Assembly: GCA_965203295.1 (NCBI GenBank)
Contig: CBDBCZ010000017.1
Location: forward strand, 2,208,001 to 2,272,000
Length of the DNA stretch: 64,000 bases
Direction of reading: 5' to 3'
From: Nitrospirales bacterium
GTDB lineage: Bacteria; Nitrospirota; Nitrospiria; Nitrospirales; UBA8639
Made by a program: the position numbers and the translations under genes. Under the pieces are notes generated by a model. The model was not told the DNA's origin, did no database searches, and saw only the letters and a list, made by a program, of their open reading frames with translations. Positions 1-11,200 of the stretch are shown here, one piece after another (position 1 is the first letter of the stretch; every line of letters starts with the position of its first letter).

Positions 1-3000
1 TTGTCAGATACACCCGTACCAGTAGTTGCTGCAGGAGCAAGCCGTTTTAAAGGACTGTTAGTAGCTACCCACCTAACCTGCCTCCATCCAACACTCAGCT
101 ACAAAAGTGGTGATGACTGTGAAAGTGTATCCACTAAGGGTCGAGCTAGTACAGTGCACTTACGGCTAGGCTTCGGTCTTAGCTTTCCTGTTTTGCTTTG
201 CAGTTGTTTGCAGTCGCTGTTTCTGCAGTTGTTTGCAGTTTCTCCTTTGAGTTACTGCCTCCACATGGCTCAGGCAGGAATCAGTCAGCTACACTAGCTA
301 TAGTGGAGATTTTTAACGCAAAGTTGAGGATTGAACGTGGAGCTGCCTCTACATGTACGTGGTTCAGTCAGTAGCACTATTGCTGGCCTTGGCATATGCA
401 AAATGTTCCATACAAGTCACTAGAGGGGACACTTCTTTTCATTTCTATCTGTATAGAGCGAGCGAGTTCAACAAGCCCAAGTAGTAGTACGAGCAAAGCG
501 AGCACAACTACTAGAACATGTAAACCAGAGATTTAAGGCTACAAGACAGCAGTCCATTTGTAAAGTGAGACAGTGTACATGTATTCCTGCTAGCATGTAC
601 AAAGGTAGTGGAGCCTGGGCTGGGAGTGCTTGCACTCTCATATGGACGCAGGTCTAGTATTTGCGGAGCCGCACAGTGGGAATGCGCAGCTTCGTTCCCA
701 GGCCATATTTGGTTAGTAATACATAAAACTCATCACAGTGCCTGGTGAGTAAAGTCACACGCACAGGACAAAGAGAAAGGAAGTAGAAAGGTATAGACTG
801 GGGGTGAGCACAGCTGCAATTCTCAGACGAGTGAAGGTAGCAAATCCGTGGCTAATCTTCATAGCCCGTTTGTGTCACAGACTTATTGCTGAAACAGGGT
901 CTCTGGTAGAATGTAGAGAAACACAGCCATCGTTTGATTAGTTCCTACCCATAGAGATACCAGGCGCTACTAGTGAACCAGGACCAGGAAAAAGTTTGGA
1001 TAGTGTAAGGTTAGGGTACAGAGCTGTTTCAGAGACATTTCCAGAACGGTGTGATGACATGTTCTACATAACCCACCCCCAAACACCTGCATAAATCCCA
1101 TACAAGTATGGGCTTCCAAAAATTCGTTATGGATCTGATTGATAAACTGATGTTTCACATGCTCTCTGGTCTGGGAGAAGCTACTTTTATAGCCCCACTA
1201 GTGAGCAAGTCTCTTGTGGGTTTGGTACTAGTAAAGATATTCATTCACCCAGAATGTAATTATGATCACAGTAACAGTTACAGCTCACTCTCAGGGCATC
1301 AGGTGGAGCCTGAGTGGCCAGACACAGTGGCCCAGCAGGGGAGCCGGCCAGTCTGGCAGGACACTGGACCAATGCTCACGCTGAGTTTACATCATGGCTC
1401 CTGCTGCTGAGCGTGCTGGTAGGACTCAACGACAGCAAAGATCCATCCATCCAATTGCAAGAGCTTCGCATTTCGAAATGGTGACAAAAAGTTAGTCTGG
1501 CCCTTAAGACTACGGTAGGGTGCTAATCCTTCATCAATCGAGCCCTTGTCTAGGCTCCACCCTTTATTGAACGGGAGGGGATGAAACGATTTCTATGCAC
1601 ATAAGCCAAGTGACACTGTCCACACTACTCTATGGTATACAAACCACGTGGGATTGTGGGACTGGTGTTTCACATCTGGAGATTACTTTTGGAAGTTTGA
1701 GCTAAAGGCTCTGACACTTCGCCTGACATACAAATATATACGCCAATTAGCCTCGTTCCCAGACATTCACACCCCAGCTTTTATCTCACAGACATGGAGA
1801 AAAAGCGAGGGGGAAGTCCTGGTACCACTTATCACGTGCCATGCCCTAGGGTAGACTCAGATGAGGTTGGAAGCAATCACGTGTACGTCAATAAATGCAT
1901 AATGTCACGTATACCTAATAGCATTCCATTGAGAAAAATACGGAAGGTATGCAAAGGTATGTATACGGTATCTGCCCTAAAAAACGTTTCGTAGCTCGAC
2001 AAACTTTGAGGGGACGGGTGGGGACACCCCTCAAAAACCTCGGCTTGCAAGTATGGAGCTGTACTACAGAAGATTGGGCCTGAATGCAGTGGATTCTCAG
2101 TGAGCTCGCAAAATATTTCGTAAAGATACGGAAAGGTAGTGGCTTTACTACTCAGATTCTGGCTATTTTACTTTGAAAACTGCTAAACTTACTCGCGGAG
2201 AGGCTATTTTTGCTCCTCTCAGCCCGAGACGCTTTCTTTACATCATCAGACAGCATAGCCAATTGTATTCCACTACTAGTGCATGTGATCGCTTCCAACC
2301 TCCTCTGGGGTACGTAGACTTATATGCGACAGTACTTCAAATTTGCAAATGCTACCATCTACACCGCCATCCATCTCGTCTGTCACCCAACGAACCAGTC
2401 AAAGGAATAGTATTGGAAGGGATGCAACCTCAAAAGGTAGGAACAGTAACACAATACTACCATCCCTATACAACTACTTTGTGATAGTGAGGGACTAAGT
2501 TGAGCCTTTTGGCTCTCCAAAAATTGTATGCAGCATCTTCTCCCTGCACCAACCAATACTGCAGCTTGCTCCTTAAACACAGCCACTGGTAAAACACTTG
2601 TGGGTCTAGCAGCTACTCATAGGAAACTGGTCAATTGATAATTACAATGTCGCTAAAGCGGCACAGCAAGGGGCAAATGCAGCTAGGCAAAACACTTGTG
2701 GGTTTAGCCATGGAGTCTCTAAATAACAGAAGGAGCCAAGGGCTGCTAACTCCATGATTAATCTAGCAATGGGACATTGTCTGTTGGGTACTAGCAGGCT
2801 CATAGGCTGCCTTTAGCTACATGGAATCATTTACATATAGATATATAGCAGTGCGTGCAAGGTTGAAATGAGTGGGAGGGTTGATGTGCTTAATTACAAG
2901 CACCGGGTGATATTCTTATATCTCGGAAAACCACAATAGCTTGCAGATGATACCACATATCTTACATACAATCACTGATACATCACAGGTAATGTCGGTA

Positions 3001-4217
3001 CTAGCAAGTATAGTGTCCGAATCAGAAGACAGCTGATGTGGCAACAACACACACTCAGTTCCTTGTATGGAAAATGCAGCACTGTGAGCCCCTGCAACCC
3101 AACATCAGAACAGTGCATTCACATTTCAATCTTATTAGTGTGCTGTAAGCCCCCCCTCCCCCCCCCCCCCCCACTTCCTCTATGGCCTCTAAAGGCAGGC
3201 AACAAGCGGACAGCTATGCCAATGAATACTGTTAAGCAGGAGCATAGTAAGCTTGGTAATGTGATTGGTCAGCATCTCTTGCAGCTACAATGCCTATGGG
3301 TAGATCTGACTATACATGAAAAACAGAGTTAAGACTACAAAACAGCAGTCCATTTGTAAAGTGAGACAGTGTATTCTTGCTAGCATGAAAATTGAAGGTA
3401 TCCTAATCAGTATTACTACACTCACTAGCTTGAGGCCTAAAAAACTAAAACAGTCCTTATACCTATCCTAACCTACGGAACTATATCTACACTACTACAA
3501 CCCCTTACATTACAATCTAGTTAAGCATATGACCTATCAAGAACAATAAAATCGAAATGGGCAAATTAGAAAGTAGAAAAATAGAAAGTATGAAATAGAG
3601 AAATAGTGAGAAGAATAGAAAGAGTAGAAAGAGCTCTGATCGTAACCAAGAGAACCCGGGACCCGGAAAGAACCAGAGACCACCCAGCCCGTGACCGCAG
3701 AAAGTAAAAAATTTGAAAATACATGTAGTTAAAAAGTTTCTTAAAAAAGGTTAAAAAAGGGGACCAAATAGGTCTTCCCTCTGTTAAAAAACCTTTCGGA
3801 GAAATCCCATGGTCTGGGCTTAACTGTAAGGTCTTCCGGAGACCAGCAGGAGCCTCCTAGAAAAAGTTAAAAAGGTTAAAAAGCTTATGAAACATTAAAA
3901 ATTGTAAGAGCCGCCGAACCAAGCAGCCCCCAGCCCCACCCCCCCCCCCCCCCCCCCCCCCCCAGGGAGGAATGCTGCCAACTCCCCAGACAACTGCTAC
4001 ACTACTCACTGGTACAACTAGCACACTTGACTGGCCATGTGACTACTGAGACCTTGGTTACCAAAGGCCCACCCTGGTGACCCCCTCTACCAAGACACTA
4101 ACCATAGCACATCCAGTTCATCATGATCACAGCTCAGCAGACTCTCCCACCAGGGTGCTGTTGGGCTTCGCATCCTGAGGCTGAAACAAGGAGGGGAAGC
4201 TTAGCAGTTATTTTTCA

Positions 4218-4385
4218 GAGGTGCCATTATGTAGAGCAATCATAGCTACACACACTGTAGGTACAGTTTTGTAGAAAGTTTGCAAAGGTGCCATTATTTT
4301 TGTAGAAAGTTTGCAGAGGTGCCATTATGTAGAGCAATCATAGCTACACACACTGTCGGTACAGTTTTGTAGAAAGTTTGCAAAT
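4218..4385. repeat. Local tandem duplication (~68-bp unit, two copies plus a partial)
   Basis: gaggtgccattatgtagagcaatcatagctacacacactgt.ggtacagttttgtagaaagtttgcaaa occurs twice. Confidence 0.85.
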
Positions 4386-6014
4386 AGGACAAGCAAACCA
4401 CAAATTTAAACGCAGCTAATAGGCCCTAATAGCTACTACACTGTAGATGAAAGACTCGTTACTACATGTAAGCTGGGCAGGCTTTGTGTTTCTACTCTAC
4501 AAAGTCTGTTGCAAGCTTTTTGCAAACCTCTGTATTAAACCTTAACGTTGTTCCCAGAATCCCAGTCAGACTCTTCCCGCAAGAGCGAACAACAAAAAAG
4601 CTACTCTCAGTACTTAGTTATTTGCTCGCGCGGCCGGGGAAAATAATTTGATAGAAACATGACTATATTATTATCCATGACAGAAACCTTGCAGCATTTC
4701 CCATGCGAGACCCTCCCTTTGTCCTACCTGGGTCATTCCCAGAGCGGTCGGACAGTAAACTTCGCTTCCCCTGGTCCTGCTCAAACGTTCTCCAGTTGTT
4801 GCGAGCGTCGAGTCGGCGTTCTTGTCCGGCCACGTGTGCGATAATAATCGTGTGACGTCAGAGGGATCTCTGCAGCGTAGTATTCACTATTGCAAGCAAA
4901 TTTTATACGATGTGGCCAGTCTTCCAGTTGTATGCCACCAGTAGAGTTTGGTCTCAACTGCGAAGAAGTCAAGAAAGACAGTCTAATAGCTGGGAGGACG
5001 CTTAGACTTTAGTCTATAACAGCAGTACTGGAGGCGGTGAGCTGTGACGCTGTTTGACAATAGATACGTACGTGTAGCCTCGCGTCAAGAGTCGGGTCAC
5101 GCGAGACTAAGATCCTCCTCGCTGAATGTGTCAGCCCACGAAACGTACAGCTGGAAGGCTTAAATTACAATGCATACGTGCACAGCATATAAGCTTACAT
5201 GTGCACATATTCAGTCTCTGTTCCCCGGCTTTATTTCCGCTCGTTCTCTGGGCAGGATTTTTAATAGAGGCCTGGAGGCTAACTGTTTGGTAAAGCTAGC
5301 TGTTTTGTGTCAGTATCGAGATACAGGCTAGTGCATGTGTGCATCTGGGCAGACATTCACTTCCTACTGGACCGTCAATAGCCATGTCCTAAAGTTAAAT
5401 TCCCCCACTTTGCAGGTTAGGCTGAAGTAAGTTTCCACATGAGTGGTGTTGTTATAGTGTGAGTCGCCACTGCACCCAGCCCCTCGCTGCAGTATGGCAA
5501 GTCGTCCAGAGCTGGTCTAGTCCAAAGGTAAAGTGAAATTGTGGGTGTGCATAGCTAATGACAAGGCTAATGACATCATAATTGGTGGCTGCACTAAGTT
5601 GTCCCAGTTGTGATTCATCACGCTCATAATTTTGAGATATTCAGCTGTCCATGCAAAATTTTAGCACCTGGTATTGCATGTAGGTTGTAGAACAATTCTA
5701 AAGCAACTTTAGGAGGGAACTCCAAACTAGGTTGGTCCAAAATAATGCCATGATGTGATGAGTTTTGTCCCCCAGCTGATATCTACTGCTGTGATTGTTG
5801 CTTTCCTTGTGACCTACAAGGATGGTAATTTACATGTCCAGCCATGCTAACATGGTATTCATGTTTCATCATAGTCCTTAATTAGCCCCTCCTCCCCTTA
5901 ATCACATTTCAGCAAAACAAATACGATCAAAACTGTACTAAACTTGGTAGTACCCAAAACTGAAGCCGAATTTCCTCTCTGAACCACCACAGACAACCTT
6001 TGGAGAATTAAAGC

Positions 6015-6160
6015 AAATGCATTGCGCTGTGATGTGTGGGTAGTCTGTGCATGCATTGCGATGTGCATTGTCACTTGTTTCATTGCTTTTTGGGGAAGTG
6101 TTTTTTGATGGAAGTGCATCCCTACATGACTTGTTTTTGCACTTTTAGCAAAGTGCTTTT
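6015..6160 (+). repeat. Interspersed repeat, same family as 35220-35300, 35630-35790 and 39650-39810
   Basis: Shared sequence gcattgcgctgtgatgtg...ggaagtgcatccctacatgact..tttttgcactttt.gcaaagtgct. Confidence 0.75.
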
Positions 6161-7170
6161 TCTGTAACTTAATATAACAATCAAAGTTTAACAGACCATT
6201 TGTCCCGAAAGTCTGTCCACACATGCGCAGACTGGTGAAACTTGCTGTAGACCCAGTCCCAGTAACTATAACTCGGTCACAGCACACTCCATGCAGAGCT
6301 GAGGTATTGTGTATATAATTATAGGACTTAGTGCTACAGCAATGCACAAAACCTATAGGTGTTCACCACTTAAAACACTAGGCTGAGAGATGATCAACTA
6401 TTAAGTGCCTCTATTCTTTTAATGATACCTTGGACCTCTAAGAAATTAGACACAAACACGGTAAATGGGATAAGGTGCTGATCAGGAAAAGCACATGTAG
6501 CTAAACTAACTTCTGTCACTTGCCATGTATAATTTCATCTTCAGTTATAGGGATTGTTTTTTTTTTGTTGTTGTCAGTTATAGGAATTAGTTGTTGTTCG
6601 CGTTTGTTGTCATGTAGTTGCAAAGGTTCAATGGGTTCTCTCAGATACAACCACGCAGAGACCACCATATTAAGCTGTGGCACCATCTGTTCTGTGTTCT
6701 TTATAACCAAACTGTGTGAACTTGCTTATAGTCCTATGATACAATCCGATTCAAATTCATAGGTTGGATGGCATGATTTGGGAAACAGCAAATGGAAACA
6801 AAGTTCTCATGTTGACAAAGTAAAGAGAGTTGATTGAAGTCATCTTCTATGAGTGTCAAAGGATTGGTTGAAACCATTTCCAAGCATAAATATACATAAC
6901 ATAGTAAACTGAATTCTCAAATATTATTGTGCTACTTGCATGCTTAGCTATTCAGCATCATAATGGCTAAGGTTTTTTCTGACTGAATTCAATATATTAA
7001 GCGTGAAAACTGAAACACTGCATGGTGCACAAAAATGAAAGAGGGAATGACTGTTGCAATATCTACTCTACTATATAATTGTTTGAGGCAAATTGGGATC
7101 AGGTGGCAATAAAAAAAACATCAGACAAAAATATGTACACATTTTAGTTATACAGTTTTCACAGACAGAG

Positions 7171-8227
7171 TTAGTATGCATAGTCGTAAACATGTTCCAT
7201 ACTTTGATTGTGAACTGTTTTGTGTAGTTCCTCATAAACTGCATGGCTGCCATCGTTAGTATTTAAGTCAGCAGTACCACCCTCTAACTCAGTCTCTACA
7301 TAGGCCATGTTCCGAGCTGATGGATTGATGGCAGTGTATGCATCATGGCTGCTGTCAAAACTGTCCTCTCTATTTAAGGCATTGCCACCCTGTAACTCAG
7401 TCACTGCATAGGCCATGTTCCAAGCTGCTGGAATGCTGTCACTGTTTGTTGAGTATGCCATATTCCTCTCTGTAGTAGTGACTGCGGTGTATGCATCATT
7501 TCTGACCATTTCAAATGGTTCTTTTCTTTCGGAAACTGCACCAGTATGAGATGATGGAACAACATCGGCATTGCAAACATCATTCTGGTCAGTTCCTTCT
7601 GAAGTAATTTCATTATCCCCACTTCTGTCTCCGACTGAGCTCTCTGTGAGTGGATTTCCATACACTTCTCCGAATGCACTTATCTCGGACACACTAGATA
7701 TTTGTTTCACTACCTGTTCTGAAGTTGTGAATTGTAGATCACTGTTAAACTTTCTGAGAGTTACATGTTGTGACGTTGATCCTGTGCCACTAGATGAAAT
7801 CAGTGGATATCTGCCCTTGATGTGTGATGGGGTGTGTGATTGGAAAGTTTGCCTGACATTGTAACGGCCACGACACAAAATCCTTCTCCACGATACTCTT
7901 GCGTCTTTGTTAAGCACGCAGAAGAACAAAAAGAGAAAGAAACCCTGGGAAGAATTGAATATGGCAAAAAGGATTTGGAAAGCCAGCGAGGTTTCACTCA
8001 CGACAGTCAGGCCGCCAAATACCCACGTCAGTCCTAGCAGAAACGTGACACCAATCAGTCTCAGAATTAAACTGATGGTGGAAGTTCCGTTGGCCTCAGC
8101 TTTTTTCCTTCTGTGCTTGATAGCAGTTCTTGCTACAATTACAAACACTATGGAATTGAATATCAGAATGGCAGCAATGGGTGCAATGAAGGCTCCAAAC
8201 AAAACCCGAATATCTCCAATGAAGCAG
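7171..8227 (-). CDS. aGPCR last exon: ECL2 Cys, TM5-TM7 and long cytoplasmic tail
   Basis: Acceptor ctgtag before 8227; CFIGDIRVLFGAFIAPIAAILIFNSIVF...LLGLTWVFG...FNSSQGFFLFLFFCVL; matches the 343-aa ORF. Confidence 0.9.
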
Positions 8228-11200
8228 CTACAGTGTAGTGAGATAAAATTAATGACATTATTTTAACAAGGAACAGGGAATGGGTGAGAAACCACTATGT
8301 ACCAAGACACAACTGCACATGCAGCATGAGAAAAAGACGTTTGGTTCATCAATCATTAGTACATGCCCGCCCACCAGTAATGATAGGTCAAGCACTGGTA
8401 AGGGTTTTTTTTATGACTCCAGCTAATTATGTATAAGTAATTACTAAATAGTAACTACTAGTAAAGTTACTTACTCCAACAGATAATTGAGGCAGCAACA
8501 ATGTGTCTTGTAGTGACGTGGACATGTACAATTATTAGCTTTGCAAACATGAACAGGGCCTCTGCTCCCATCCACATGAATGCTACCAGGGTGCAGTACT
8601 GGATCAGGGCCGACACTGTCACACAACCTCTATAGGGATACGTAGGTGGGACTCGATCGATGCCAATCACAAATACTAACAGCATGCAAAAAATAGCAAT
8701 GCAGAGCTGAACATGAAACTTGGTAGCCTCAAGTTTACATAAAAGTTCTGAGAAGGAGAGAAATGACAAGTGAACAAATTGGCTATTAATAATGCTACCA
8801 TAGACTTACTGGAATGCAAGGAGTGTGGTGATAGTCAATATAATGCCTATCAGAGATAGGACAACTCCAACGATGGAAATGACATCTAAGGCCAGCTCAG
8901 CTCCAGCAGACAGTTGGCTGCACCCATCCCTTCTAATACAAATATCCTACAGTGTACAGGAGGCCCAGCTCAGCTCCAGCAGACAGTTGGCTGCACCCAT
9001 CCCTTCTAATACAAATATCCTACAGTGTACAGGAGGCCTATCAATGTCACATGTTAGTTGATGATATGTGTGCTGTTACAAAGTAATAGAATGCCACACC
9101 GGACAATCTTTCTCTTAGATAGAGAGGGCCAGGACAGAAGCTTATGTGAAACTTGGGAATTCCGATTAGAAAAGGGTATTGCAGTGATATCGCTTACTAA
9201 CGTGTAACTATTCACTGTACACAACACTTATATAAAACTGGCCAAATGCTATGAAGAAAGACCACAGAAGGGTTGGAATCACTTTTTCTATATACTCACC
9301 ACCAGAACAGCAAAGTTTGTTATATGATTACAGCGGCAAGTAACTTCATCTGGAGCATCACCCTTCTCCGTCTCACACCCCTCAGAAGTCCAATTACCAC
9401 GTCCATCTGAGCGAAAACGTATTCATTGTATCACTATGATTCATACTACCAGAGCTTCTCTGAGGAGACATATTACCTGCAAGGCTGAAATCCCAAGATA
9501 CACACGTGCAGCGTGTAATACTCTGCAATGCAAGGAGAAATGAAAGCATAAGGCTTGAAGTATTTAGCAAATAAAAACGTGCACAACTCACTCCTTCCAG
9601 GACTGGGTTCAGCCGCACAGCAGCAATGACAGGTTCTCTCAAGTCAGGGAATGAAGTTTGCTCTGCTGTAACCACTGTAGCAGCAACCACGGGAGAACCT
9701 AAACTTCTATGGGTGCTTATTCTCGAGGGGCGCTTACTATCGGGATAAGTTGTTGTAGTTTAATTGGGTGCCTATATTCATGGGGTGCTTATTTTCGATG
9801 GGTGCTTATTATCCCGATTCTACGGTATTCTGGTTATAACACCTACTGCTGTGGTTGTACTTGGCACATTAGCCACTGGAAAAAATGTGGCGCTCTCATA
9901 GAGCGAGAAAAACAGACCAATTTCATCATCAGCAATGTTTTCAAACAGTGAGGCAGGCAGCAAGGCAAGACCAATCTCTTCGGGGGCGAGCGTGTCATTA
10001 AGAAAACCTCCAGTTATGGAACGCAGATCTAGAGTCTCTATACCATGATAAGAATCCACTTTAAATATATGAATGATACCATTGCAGATGTCATAACATA
10101 TTTGTAAGTAATATTTGCTCACAATACAATACACTGTACCATTATCATCCCTTGAGATAACAAATCCTCTTCCATTAGACTGAAGAGGTAACTGTTCAAC
10201 CTAAAAGAAGAGAAAAATAATTTTTGTTAATGACAGAAAACAGTGCAAGCATGCATGTGCATGCACATACCCTCTCTGCTATTAAAGTAGTGTTTTCCTC
10301 AAATACTGTAAGGTTGGTGAAGTTTCCTTGTCGCACAGTATCAATGAGAGCTGCTTCAAGATTTTGAATTATTCTATGGAAATACATGAAGAATACTTAC
10401 ACTATCATAAATGTAGCCTTTTAATGTAACCTACTCAGGCCCATCTTCTGCAATAACTTCTTCCGGCCAACTCTGAAGGGAATCCACTATTGCAACAGCA
10501 TTAGTCACAGTCTACATTGAAAACAATGGAGTAAAAATAGCCGCAAGCTCGTACATGAATGATACAACAAGCCAGCATATCAGACAGATAGTTGTTTATA
10601 CACAGTCCAGTAATCATGCAAGGACTGCACAGCCAAGGGCAAGTGCAACAAGTGAACTGAGGTTTGAGTATAAAAGTGAGAGATGTCAATCTAAAAAAAC
10701 CATGGCCAGCTGGCGAGAAAACAGACCAATTTCATCATCAGTAATGTTTTCAAACAGTGAGGCAGGCAACGCCACATTTTTTTCAAGTGGCTGGTTGAGA
10801 CATTGCTAAACCTATCAGCCATCAGGTTGGCACACTGTATCACATACCTAACAGTAAGCCATGGAAAATCAGAGAGACAAGATGAGCTGACTGAAATCAT
10901 GAATTGCTAGATTTCGTCCAGCTCAGTGATAACTGGGAACTGTGACATGTGTCTGCTTAGTGTAGAAGGTCATGAATATCCAGTGACAGGTGAACTGACT
11001 TACCTGCTCATCAATATTAAAAGCTGAGTCACTCAAGTTAGCAATGCTATTGAAGCCCAGGGTTACAACTTGTAGGTTTTCCATAGTCTGCTCATCTGGG
11101 TCATCAGCTAAACTGATAACTGTAGCCAATTCTTCAATAATGTCATTGAGGTCCTCGGCAGTGAGATTTTCCTGCATGAGCAAAATTATTCTGTATGCTT

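Noticed and set aside
3390..3965. A-rich, oddly composed tract next to poly-C runs
   Set aside because: No ORF or structure; could be low-quality consensus near homopolymers.
900..5000. Minus-strand exon-like segments (~1290-1415, 2380-2590, 3970-4182, 4728-4970)
   Set aside because: Splice-like signals exist but the frames contain stops and I recognise no family.
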